Of a stretch of DNA of 51,777 bases, positions 7,829-15,943 are shown piece by piece. Source of the DNA: a virus (Duplodnaviria; Caudoviricetes). The notes under the pieces are model-generated. The model was not told the origin of the DNA. It saw only the letters and a list, made by a program, of their open reading frames with translations, and searched no databases. Position 1 is the first letter of the stretch. The number at the start of each line of letters is the position of its first letter. The stretch lies in the IMG/VR virus record IMGVR_UViG_3300020042_005180, positions 1-51,777 of that record; one strand, written 5' to 3'. Both the position numbers and the translations under genes were made by a program.

Positions 7829-8062
7829 ATGACAAGAGAACAAATAATGCAAACGGGAGGAAAGTTCTTCTCAGTATCATTCATCAAGAAGGATGGTACA
7901 ACAAGAAAGATGACGGCACGAATTGGAGTCAAGAAAGACATCAAGGGTGTAGGTCTAAGATTTAATCCATCTGAACGAGACCTCATCGTAGCGTTCGATA
8001 TCCACAAGAAAGCATATCGAATGATTAACCTAGCAACAATACTAACCTTTAAATTTAAGTAA
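7829..8062 (+). CDS. DUF2693/WYL_2-like SH3 barrel protein
   Basis: GKFFSVSFIKKDGTTRKM...FDIHKKAYRMIN pattern; start reassigned to ATG 7829. Confidence 0.7.
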   Translation: MTREQIMQTGGKFFSVSFIKKDGTTRKMTARIGVKKDIKGVGLRFNPSERDLIVAFDIHKKAYRMINLATILTFKFK

Positions 8063-8064
8063 CC

Positions 8065-8202
8065 ATGTACAGAACAATAAGCCAATTAACCCAAGACGAG
8101 CTATTTGAATTATCAGATAGAGAAGATATGACAATCGAACAATTAAACGAATATTTTATAGCGACATTATTTTCTGATGACGATTTTTTTTGTAACCTTT
8201 AA
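8065..8202 (+). CDS. Small acidic protein (45 aa)
   Basis: MYRTISQLTQDELFEL...FSDDDFFCNL; fills the gap exactly. Confidence 0.65.
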   Translation: MYRTISQLTQDELFELSDREDMTIEQLNEYFIATLFSDDDFFCNL

Positions 8203-8214
8203 AACTTAGAAACT

Positions 8215-8364
8215 ATGACACAAGAACAAGCCCACGAAATTTTGGTAAGGAATAATATTTTTTGCGGTGGAGATATTCCATTCGATAAAACAACCAATTA
8301 CATTGGTATGTTGTACGAAACAAATACCCATCGCAGAATTTGGAACGCTGAAGAATTAAAATAA
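8215..8364 (+). CDS. Small early protein (49 aa)
   Basis: MTQEQAHEILVRNN..., leader motif. Confidence 0.65.
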   Translation: MTQEQAHEILVRNNIFCGGDIPFDKTTNYIGMLYETNTHRRIWNAEELK

Positions 8365-8390
8365 TTAACTAACCTTTAAACCTTAGAACC

Positions 8391-8747
8391 ATGAAAAACC
8401 TACATGACTTCGTGGACTCCATCATCGAGAATGGTGGAGCTACATTCAACCTATCAACAGGTACATCCCCAACAACTGGCTATGCGGTCAGTCTGAAGGG
8501 AGGCTCGCAAGTACCAATAGATGACACAAGACAATCGATCGAGCATGCGCTATATAACTTCTGTGCTGTACACGGACTAGAACTATCTATACCCGAGAAC
8601 AACATAGGCGGATGGGTAGACGATGGATGGCTGTACCTTGACGTATCAATTGTTCTGCCCAACCTAGTTGACGCAATATTGATGGGCAAGATTAACAAGC
8701 AGAAGGCAATCTTCAACCTTGACAACGGCCACACAATAGACTTATGA
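8391..8747 (+). CDS. Phage protein of GGATF...QxAIF type; homologous to a domain of the 3702-aa protein
   Basis: 118 aa, leader motif; aligns by eye to 29203-29535. Confidence 0.85.
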   Translation: MKNLHDFVDSIIENGGATFNLSTGTSPTTGYAVSLKGGSQVPIDDTRQSIEHALYNFCAVHGLELSIPENNIGGWVDDGWLYLDVSIVLPNLVDAILMGKINKQKAIFNLDNGHTIDL

Positions 8748-8806
8748 TTGTGAGTGTCGAAATCAAATCAGCTAAAAACCTATCAATCAATCGCTTAACT
8801 ATTTTC

Positions 8807-9066
8807 AGTGTTGACTCGTGTTGATTTAGTGTTGATTTTTTTTTCTGAAAGCCTTGCTACCATTGACTTTGTGTTGAAATGTTGATTTTGAGACAAAAAC
8901 TAGCGTGAAATTAAAATACTATGGGTAGTACTATATTACTACTATATATATATATTTTATTTTTTTTTCTCTATAGAAGAGTAAAAATTAACATTCTAAC
9001 ACAAACTCAACAGTACCAAGGGTTACAGAATTTCAAATCAACACTAAACCGACACAAACCAACATT
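8807..9066. repeat. About 83-bp imperfect inverted repeat with GTGTTGA units around an AT-rich core; candidate replication origin
   Basis: Arm 8807-8889 matches the reverse complement of 8984-9066; spacer contains (TA)n and a T-run; no ORF. Confidence 0.75.
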
Positions 9067-9098
9067 TTTTAACACTAATCCTTAAAAACCAACACTAA

Positions 9099-9518
9099 AT
9101 GAAAGAACAGACAGCCGTAGAATGGCTATTCAGCCAATTAATGACAGAAGAACAGATGACTAAAAATGAGATAATGAATGTATACGGCTCCGCCTTAATA
9201 ATGGAGGAGGAGCAGATATCGGAATTTAATTTAACCTATAAACATAGAAACACTATGAAAGCAAAAATCAATCCTATCCTCCGATTTGTCGAGCTGACTT
9301 ACGGAGTTGAGACCAAGACCATCCAGTTTGATGACCTAGACGAGTGGTGTACCATTGAGTTTGCCGAGGGCAAGTTTGACGTACATTTTGACTACATGCA
9401 GAAGCACGAGTTTAAGAACGAGAAGGAGTGGCTAAACTACATCATACAGGCATACCCGTACAACAATGACGTTGACTACGAGTACCAAGTAATCGACCAC
9501 ATAGATTTAGAGCTATGA
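9099..9518 (+). CDS. QTAVEWL-type protein fused in frame to a second early gene (internal start 9255)
   Basis: MKEQTAVEWL start; internal leader TAACCTATAAACATAGAAACACTATG. Confidence 0.75.
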   Translation: MKEQTAVEWLFSQLMTEEQMTKNEIMNVYGSALIMEEEQISEFNLTYKHRNTMKAKINPILRFVELTYGVETKTIQFDDLDEWCTIEFAEGKFDVHFDYMQKHEFKNEKEWLNYIIQAYPYNNDVDYEYQVIDHIDLEL

Positions 9519-9649
9519 TAAGATACCACATCTGCTTTGAGATATCAAAGGGTCTATGCTCGGGAGTGAACATAGATGCGAGGAGTTATGCCGAAGCCTT
9601 AAAGAAGTTTGGCGATAGTAATAACATTATATATATTTGCAAGTTATGA
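9515..9649 (+). CDS. Small hypothetical protein (44 aa)
   Basis: MIRYHICFEISKGLCSGVNIDARSYAEALKKF...; ATGA overlaps at both ends. Confidence 0.65.
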   Translation: MIRYHICFEISKGLCSGVNIDARSYAEALKKFGDSNNIIYICKL

Positions 9650-9831
9650 TGGCATATAAAATAAACTACAGCGTATTCAACAGGGACGTCTTTGTTGACA
9701 GGGTATGGGCAAATAACGAGGAAGATGCCACGTTTTACTTCAACATGTTCTTCAGCGACATTGGTGCGGTAATCACATCGATCGAGCCATCGGTCGTTCA
9801 ATTTCTAATTGAGCAGGCTAGTGACAACTAA
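9646..9831 (+). CDS. Hypothetical protein
   Basis: Start coupled to the upstream stop. Confidence 0.65.
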   Translation: MMAYKINYSVFNRDVFVDRVWANNEEDATFYFNMFFSDIGAVITSIEPSVVQFLIEQASDN

Positions 9832-10018
9832 GTTCATCCGATTTACATTGGTATGGGTGAGCCAGAACTTATCCATACCATTTTGGATGGTAGGTCACGT
9901 ACACCTGTCGATGAATGTGTACGCTGACATCCACGAGATACTAATGTCATGTGGCATGAATATAATTGTGGCAATAGGATTTATTATTGACTATAAAAAA
10001 CAAAATACAAATGACTAA
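9821..10018 (+). CDS. Small membrane protein (SQNLSIPFW motif)
   Basis: Hydrophobic ORF; GTG start inferred. Confidence 0.7.
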   Translation: MTTKFIRFTLVWVSQNLSIPFWMVGHVHLSMNVYADIHEILMSCGMNIIVAIGFIIDYKKQNTND

Positions 10019-10181
10019 AGAAGAAATGACAGCAATTATCCTTGACTACATGTTAGAGCTAAAGGATGAGTACGAGGAGATGGTATCGGAATTTGGATAC
10101 AAAGACCCAAGCACTCAGAGACTACAGACCAAGTACACTACACTACTAATACTAATTGAGAAACTAAAACTAGAGCAATGA
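10011..10181 (+). CDS. Hypothetical protein
   Basis: MTKEEMTAII...; A-rich leader, coupled overlaps. Confidence 0.7.
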   Translation: MTKEEMTAIILDYMLELKDEYEEMVSEFGYKDPSTQRLQTKYTTLLILIEKLKLEQ

Positions 10182-10456
10182 GACAAAAAAATATAGACAT
10201 AGCTATCATGCACTGCTACCGACAGCTGTACGCACACTCCAATCCACCTGCATCGTTTGACGAGCTGTTTAATAACGCGGAGACAAACGAGAGGGGTCAG
10301 AAGGTCATACCATACATGGACTACGAGATAGAGGAGAGTGTGTTCGATGAGATAGTAGACGACACGATTAAGGTATACAAGATAAAAGAGAAGGGCTTCC
10401 GCCCGAGCATACTCCTTGGGTGCAGTCCGAGGTTCACTAAAACTAAACAGACATGA
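10178..10456 (+). CDS. Hypothetical protein
   Basis: 92 aa, ATGA overlap; CYRQLY...LGCSP. Confidence 0.8.
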   Translation: MRQKNIDIAIMHCYRQLYAHSNPPASFDELFNNAETNERGQKVIPYMDYEIEESVFDEIVDDTIKVYKIKEKGFRPSILLGCSPRFTKTKQT

Positions 10457-10620
10457 CAACTTTTTTAATATCATTGACGGTATTCATATTATCTTTCTTG
10501 CCTCCGATATGGCTTGTAAATTACAGGTTGATCACTTTATCGTGCATAATAACAATGATTGTATCGTCTCTATTCCTTGTGCATTCAATGATTATTGTAC
10601 TAGGAGAATTACTAATTTAA
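10453..10620 (+). CDS. Small membrane protein with two predicted TM segments (55 aa)
   Basis: MTTFLISLTVFILSFLPPIW...; ATGA overlap with the previous gene. Confidence 0.65.
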   Translation: MTTFLISLTVFILSFLPPIWLVNYRLITLSCIITMIVSSLFLVHSMIIVLGELLI

Positions 10621-10632
10621 ATTAAATATAAA

Positions 10633-11019
10633 ATGAGAAAACTTAAAACAACGATGTTATTCATAGGGATATCTATAACATCATTCGCACAAAACTTTCA
10701 AGGTATGGACTCTATTCGGTTAGATAACGGAGATGATGAATTTAACTTAAACTTAAAGACAAAAAGTGAAGCTATTCATTCAGTAATGCGAATACTAGAT
10801 TTAAATGATAGAGATACAAATACTGCTTATATAGATAAAAAGTCTAATATTTTGATAGGTACATACTGGGATGACGACAAAAATAAAAATCGTGTATACC
10901 TTCTATTTTGTTATAAAATAAAAAATGAAGGGTATATAGTATCTGTTATACACCAAGAGAATGTGTATTCTGAATTTTTTTACTTAGAAAAAAAAGTGTA
11001 TATATATGACCCAAAATAA
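10633..11019 (+). CDS. Putative secreted protein
   Basis: Signal peptide ending SFA-Q (Bacteroidota-style); AT-rich gene. Confidence 0.75.
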   Translation: MRKLKTTMLFIGISITSFAQNFQGMDSIRLDNGDDEFNLNLKTKSEAIHSVMRILDLNDRDTNTAYIDKKSNILIGTYWDDDKNKNRVYLLFCYKIKNEGYIVSVIHQENVYSEFFYLEKKVYIYDPK

Positions 11020-11395
11020 AGCATGGAACGACCTGACATTGGAAGATAGAATCTACCGAACGGGAAATAGCTCGTGGTACATAGACCACGGAGTTAAGAT
11101 AGAGCTGTTTGACTCTGACAATCGTATTGAGATTATGAACACGATGACCTCTAGCGACAAGTACGAAAAGATAACTGACTTTCAGATGCTCGTATTCGAG
11201 AACAACGGTTGGCTAGCAGGATGCTACAAGGTAAATATCGATGTGGCCGACCGAAAGATTGAGAAGATAGAGTCTTTGATACGTTACGCTGAAATAGAGC
11301 CAGATTTGTACAATATTGTCGAGCTCACAGACAGGAAACAGAAATTGTTGATAAAAAAAGAGAGATATTCATTGCTATTAAGCGAAATTTTATAA
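11006..11395 (+). CDS. Hypothetical protein
   Basis: 129 aa, overlaps the previous gene. Confidence 0.8.
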   Translation: MTQNKAWNDLTLEDRIYRTGNSSWYIDHGVKIELFDSDNRIEIMNTMTSSDKYEKITDFQMLVFENNGWLAGCYKVNIDVADRKIEKIESLIRYAEIEPDLYNIVELTDRKQKLLIKKERYSLLLSEIL

Positions 11396-11426
11396 TCTTT
11401 GTAACCCCCTAATTAAATAAATATAT

Positions 11427-11912
11427 ATGGCACACTGGAGAAATCTAATGAAAGACAACAAGTACCTAGGCTCGTGGGACTTGGAGGTAAATGGAAAATA
11501 CGAGCCAAAAGTAGTAACAATCGATCGGATATACCAAGACGTATTTGTCGGAGAGATGGGCAAGGAGGACAAGGTCTTCGTTAAGCTAAAAGAATTTGAC
11601 AAGCCAATGATATGCAACAGGTCAAACTTCAAGCGCTTAGAGACATTCTTTAACTCATTCAATGCAGAGGAGTACGTAGGCAAGCAGATCGTAATGATGA
11701 CAGAGAAGGTAAAGAGTCCACAGGGATTGGTTGATGCGCTACGATTTAGCGTCCGACCTTTACCAAAGAAGGAGCTACCTACACTAACACCTGACCAAAT
11801 GTCAAAAGCCGTTTTGGCTCTAGAGTCTGGCAGGACGACCATTGACAAGATCAAGAAGTCTTACAATATTACTAACGAACAGATGGAGATACTGAATGAA
11901 ATTAACAATTAG
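11427..11912 (+). CDS. Recombination-module protein (possible ssDNA binding/annealing)
   Basis: HWRNL..YLGSWDL...DALR pattern; coupled to exonuclease and SSB genes; function inferred from context. Confidence 0.6.
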   Translation: MAHWRNLMKDNKYLGSWDLEVNGKYEPKVVTIDRIYQDVFVGEMGKEDKVFVKLKEFDKPMICNRSNFKRLETFFNSFNAEEYVGKQIVMMTEKVKSPQGLVDALRFSVRPLPKKELPTLTPDQMSKAVLALESGRTTIDKIKKSYNITNEQMEILNEINN

Positions 11913-12666
11913 ATCATCGTCATGCGCACCATTATTCTTGGGCGATGACGGACTGACAGACATCCAATTAGCAAAGCTTACTGAACTCAAGTCTAAGATA
12001 AAGTTGACAGAGGCACAGGCAAGGGAGCGTGACAAGTTGGAGCTAAAGAAGGACTCTGTAGAGTTAAGTACAGGAGCCAAGGGACTGATCGAGGACATCA
12101 TCGATCGTCAGGTGTACAAGTACGAGGAGAACTTCTCTAACCCGAAGACACAGAAGGGATGGGACGTGGAGTCAGAGTCGTGCGAGATATACAACCGCAT
12201 CTTCTTTACGAGCTACCATAAGCAGGAGGGTTTCGATAGTTACTACGAGCTGAAGCATGGCATATCGGGTGGTCACCCAGACGTTGTTGATTGCGAGAGG
12301 AGGAAGGTGATCGACTTGAAGTCGTCATGGTCAAAGAAGACGTTCCCCAAGACGATAAAGAAGGCATACGATAGTGGCTATGAGTGGCAAGTAAAACACT
12401 ACCTGTACATGTTGACTAAAATGACTGGAGAAGACTGGTCTGATGGTGAGGTTGCATTTATTTTGACAACCACTCCAGAGGAGTTGAAGCCAGAGTACGA
12501 GGACGACAGCCTGCACTACATGGAGGACTTAAACGATGAATTGAGGGCTACGATAGTACCCGTGAAGCTTACGAGCGATGATATTGTCAAGATGGACAAA
12601 CGGCTAGCTGCTGCCGAGAAGTATGCAAATGAGTATTATAATTTATTAAAATCAAAGAACAAATGA
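11896..12666 (+). CDS. PD-(D/E)xK exonuclease (YqaJ/Cas4-like)
   Basis: GHPD...VIDLKSSW...YEWQVKHY motifs. Confidence 0.85.
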   Translation: MKLTIRSSSCAPLFLGDDGLTDIQLAKLTELKSKIKLTEAQARERDKLELKKDSVELSTGAKGLIEDIIDRQVYKYEENFSNPKTQKGWDVESESCEIYNRIFFTSYHKQEGFDSYYELKHGISGGHPDVVDCERRKVIDLKSSWSKKTFPKTIKKAYDSGYEWQVKHYLYMLTKMTGEDWSDGEVAFILTTTPEELKPEYEDDSLHYMEDLNDELRATIVPVKLTSDDIVKMDKRLAAAEKYANEYYNLLKSKNK

Positions 12667-13004
12667 GTGAATTTAAGATGAGGGGGGTGATTAAGGTGAT
12701 CAATGACACGGTTCAGATCACAGACAAGTTCCAAAAGCGAGAGTTCGTATTAAACGAGCCTGACGAGAAGTATCCACAGGACATTTCATTTCAGCTCACG
12801 CAGAACAACTGCGAAAAGTTAGATCAGATCGCTGAGGGTCAAGAGGTCGAGGTATATTTTCGAATCAGAGGACGTGAGTACCAAGGCAAGTACTTCAACA
12901 ACTTAGAGGCGTGGAGGGTAGATGCGATAGAGGGTGCTAAGATGCCAGAGCCAGCTATTGTTGTAGGTGACGCAAACGATACTGACGCAGACTTACCTTT
13001 TTAA
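12663..13004 (+). CDS. Single-stranded DNA-binding protein (DUF3127-like)
   Basis: FQKREFVL, YPQDISF, GREYQGKYFNNLEAWRV, acidic DLPF tail. Confidence 0.9.
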   Translation: MSEFKMRGVIKVINDTVQITDKFQKREFVLNEPDEKYPQDISFQLTQNNCEKLDQIAEGQEVEVYFRIRGREYQGKYFNNLEAWRVDAIEGAKMPEPAIVVGDANDTDADLPF

Positions 13005-13006
13005 TC

Positions 13007-13180
13007 ATGTTGTTGTTTTATTATTTATTTTCATCACTATTCATGTTTGGTGTACTGCATGATCGATTGGCAGATGGCATAGGACATTTCATCATCATAG
13101 TATGGTGTATTACCCTAGGCTGGATATCAATGCCGATCTTCATCGGCCACTGGATGGTGAGTATGATGAAAAAGAAATAG
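13007..13180 (+). CDS. Small membrane protein (57 aa)
   Basis: MLLFYYLFSSLFMFGVL...LGWISMPIFIG, manual translation. Confidence 0.6.
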   Translation: MLLFYYLFSSLFMFGVLHDRLADGIGHFIIIVWCITLGWISMPIFIGHWMVSMMKKK

Positions 13181-13187
13181 GTTGATA

Positions 13188-13258
13188 AGTCAGGTGGCTT
13201 AATGGTAAAGCCCGACCTTTTAAGTCGGAGTATACAGGTTCGATTCCTGTCCTGACTT
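13188..13258 (+). tRNA. tRNA-Lys (anticodon UUU)
   Basis: Acceptor AGTCAGG/CCTGACT, D-arm GCTT/AAGC, anticodon arm CCGAC-CTTTTAA-GTCGG, T-arm ACAGG-TTCGATT-CCTGT; CCA not encoded. Confidence 0.9.
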
Positions 13259-13315
13259 CACTTTATAGGTACAGTTAGGGTTCTGTGGTTAGCCAACCAT
13301 TTTTGGAAAAACTCT

Positions 13316-13350
13316 GGGTAGGCAGTTATGGATGGCCTACCCTCTTTTTT
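13316..13350 (+). terminator. Intrinsic terminator
   Basis: GGGTAGGC...GCCTACCC followed by TCTTTTTT. Confidence 0.6.
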
Positions 13351-13369
13351 AAGTAATCAATTTAATTTT

Positions 13370-13591
13370 ATGTATATGTGGTATTCAAACTCAACACAAG
13401 GTACGGTTGACACTATAGTCGACTCTGTAATTGTTCGATTTAAGGACAGGTCGATCAAGGGGATTAAGAAGTATAACAACACCATGGACAGAGACGATCT
13501 GTCTGTCACTGAGTGGATAGACCACGCCATAGAGGAGCAGATGGACAACATACTATACCTAACCAAGCTAAAGAAGGAACTAAGCAAATGA
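13370..13591 (+). CDS. Small all-alpha protein, possibly NTP-pyrophosphohydrolase/MazG-like
   Basis: RS..G..KY..TMDR.DL...EWIDHAIEEQMD..LYL pattern. Confidence 0.65.
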   Translation: MYMWYSNSTQGTVDTIVDSVIVRFKDRSIKGIKKYNNTMDRDDLSVTEWIDHAIEEQMDNILYLTKLKKELSK

Positions 13592-15939
13592 TAACATACT
13601 TCAAGACCATAAACGATACATCTGAGCCGTTCTACAAGGACGTATCAATGGCAATCGATAGGATAAGGAATGGTGCCTCGAAGGATAGGGTGATGGCTGT
13701 AAGGAACTCATCTAACAAGGACGAGAGGAACGAGAAGAAGAAGAAGCTACCTGCGATATGTTTCTCTGGGACATTCAGCAGGCGATCAGACAATGCGATT
13801 ATAGAGCACAGCGGATATATATGCATAGACTTTGACGGATTTAAAAATGAGCAGGACCTGTACAACAAGAGGGAGGAGTTGATGGCTGATAAGTACAGCT
13901 ACTGTGTGTTCACGTCACCATCTGGTGATGGATTAAAGGTATTGGTTAGCATACCAAAGGACCCGATGAACCACAAGAAGTACTTCTCTGCACTTAAAAA
14001 ATATTATGATTGTGACGAGTTTGACGTGAGCTGTAAAAATATTTCACGTGTTTGCTACGAGTCTTATGACGAGGACATATACGTAAATGAGCTGTCGTCT
14101 ACGTGGACAGAGATGGACTCTGACTCGTCTGACGTTGTATACGTAAGGCCAAAGATCGTTATAAACGACACAAACGAGATAACAAGGAGGCTCACCATAT
14201 GGTGGAACAAGAGCTACGGCATGGTAAAGGGACAGAGGAACAACAACCTGTTTATCCTAGCGTCAGCATTAAATGAGTTCGGCATACCACAAGAGGAGGC
14301 CAAGTCTGTTTTGATGTCTTATGACGATGGTGACATGGAGAAGGAGATAGGCACGATTGTTTGGTCGGCATACAGGAACATTGCATCACACGGAACTAAG
14401 TTCTACGAGGATATAGACAAGACTACCAACATAAAGAACGATCTTAAGAATGGTGTACCAAAGGAGGAGGTGAAGGCAAATCATAGCGTAGACGTTATCG
14501 ACTACCTGATCGAGACAGCCGACAGCAATACGTTCTGGACCAAGACAAGCAAGGGTAAGATTGATCTTGTGCCTCACCTGTTTAGGGAGTACCTGAGGAT
14601 CAATGGGTTCTATAAGTACTACCCAGCTGAGTCAAATAACTTTGTATTTGTTAGGGTTGTTGACAACACCATATCTGACGTAAACGAGGAGGTAATAAAG
14701 GACTTTGTACTTGAGTACCTGTTGGGTATTGACGACATGTCTGTGTACAACTTCTTTGCTGTCAACACCAAGTTCTTCCAAGAGACGTTCTTGAATTATG
14801 TGTCGAAGGTAGAGCCAATGTTTATGATAGACACGATAGATGACTCGTATATATACTACAACAACTGTGCCGTAAAGGTAACAAAGGACGATGTGGAGAT
14901 AATAGACTACAGGGACCTAAACGGGTACGTATGGGAAAAGCAGAAGATCGGTCGTAACTTCATAAAATCACCAAGCGACACCTGTGAGTTCAACACCTTC
15001 ATCAAAAACATATCTGGCGGTAGCACTGAGAGGATGAGGTCGATGGAGTCGACACTAGGTTACTTAATGCACAGCCACAAGCCAGCTAGCTATTGTCCTG
15101 CTGTCATACTTAATGACGAGGTGATTAGTGACAACCCAGAGGGTGGCACGGGCAAGGGGATATTTGTTAAGTCTATCAGCCACATGAAGAAGATGGTGAT
15201 AATAGACGGAAAGGGATTTAGTTTCCAGAAGTCTTTCCCATACCAACGTGTGCAGGTAGATACTCAGACCTTAGTGTTCGATGACGTAAGTAAGAACTTT
15301 GACTTTGAGAGGTTGTTCAGTATAATTACTGAGGGTATAACACTAGAGAAGAAGAACAAGGACGAGATACACATCCCGTTCGAGGACGCACCAAAGATTG
15401 TCATAACGACAAACTATGCGATCAAGGGTGCAGGCAACTCGTTCGAGAGGCGTAAGTGGGACCTAGAGTTCAAGCAGTACTACAACAAGTCATTTACTCC
15501 TGAGAGTGAGTTTGGTCACATGCTGTTCTCTGGATGGAATAAGTCTGAGTGGACTAAGTTTGACAACTACATGATACAGAACATACAGACGTATCTTTCT
15601 AGTGGGCTGATAAAGAGTCAGTTCATGAACCTGAAGACCCGTAAGTTTATCGCTGAGACAAGCACTGACTTTTGGGAGTGGGTAACGGCTGATGACAATG
15701 TAGACACAAGGCTTGGATCGATATCTATAGGCCAGACGATATACAACAACTTCATTGAGGAGTACCCAGACTACGGCAACTATGGGCGGTATAAGATATC
15801 TCACAACAAGTTCTACAAGTGGCTAGACGCATATGGTAACTTTAAGTTTGGAGATAAGCCTAGGATATTTAGAAATGCAATGGGTAAGATGGTAGAGTTC
15901 ATCGCCAAGAAGGATGAGAACACAGAACTAAACTTTTAA
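13588..15939 (+). CDS. Primase-helicase (BT4734/VirE-N primase-polymerase domain, PriCT, SF3-like helicase)
   Basis: KKKLPAICFSG, CIDFD, SPSGDGLK, RNNNLF, Walker A GGTGKG, FDDV, ITTN; start reassigned to ATG 13588. Confidence 0.92.
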   Translation: MITYFKTINDTSEPFYKDVSMAIDRIRNGASKDRVMAVRNSSNKDERNEKKKKLPAICFSGTFSRRSDNAIIEHSGYICIDFDGFKNEQDLYNKREELMADKYSYCVFTSPSGDGLKVLVSIPKDPMNHKKYFSALKKYYDCDEFDVSCKNISRVCYESYDEDIYVNELSSTWTEMDSDSSDVVYVRPKIVINDTNEITRRLTIWWNKSYGMVKGQRNNNLFILASALNEFGIPQEEAKSVLMSYDDGDMEKEIGTIVWSAYRNIASHGTKFYEDIDKTTNIKNDLKNGVPKEEVKANHSVDVIDYLIETADSNTFWTKTSKGKIDLVPHLFREYLRINGFYKYYPAESNNFVFVRVVDNTISDVNEEVIKDFVLEYLLGIDDMSVYNFFAVNTKFFQETFLNYVSKVEPMFMIDTIDDSYIYYNNCAVKVTKDDVEIIDYRDLNGYVWEKQKIGRNFIKSPSDTCEFNTFIKNISGGSTERMRSMESTLGYLMHSHKPASYCPAVILNDEVISDNPEGGTGKGIFVKSISHMKKMVIIDGKGFSFQKSFPYQRVQVDTQTLVFDDVSKNFDFERLFSIITEGITLEKKNKDEIHIPFEDAPKIVITTNYAIKGAGNSFERRKWDLEFKQYYNKSFTPESEFGHMLFSGWNKSEWTKFDNYMIQNIQTYLSSGLIKSQFMNLKTRKFIAETSTDFWEWVTADDNVDTRLGSISIGQTIYNNFIEEYPDYGNYGRYKISHNKFYKWLDAYGNFKFGDKPRIFRNAMGKMVEFIAKKDENTELNF

Positions 15940-15943
15940 GCAG

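Larger units (their letters stand above)
4846..9257 (+). repeat. Dispersed early-gene leader motif TAACC(aataa/ttta)AAACCTAGAA(ctt)ATG, about 15 copies
   Basis: Variants end at ATGs 4867, 5043, 5359, 5831, 6078, 6283, 6514, 6742, 7075, 7276, 7515, 7829, 8215, 8391 and 9255. Confidence 0.9.

Noticed and set aside
4846-8393. CRISPR array
   Set aside because: The repeats are degenerate leaders separated by whole genes of variable length, not fixed repeats with 30-40 nt spacers; no cas genes are present.
10416-10625. 69-aa ORF in the track
   Set aside because: The alternative frame 10453..10620 has a coupled ATGA start and a coherent membrane-protein sequence.
11896-12666. Cas4 indicating a CRISPR system
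   Set aside because: PD-(D/E)xK nuclease in a recombination module beside the SSB; the four-Cys Fe-S pattern is not evident.
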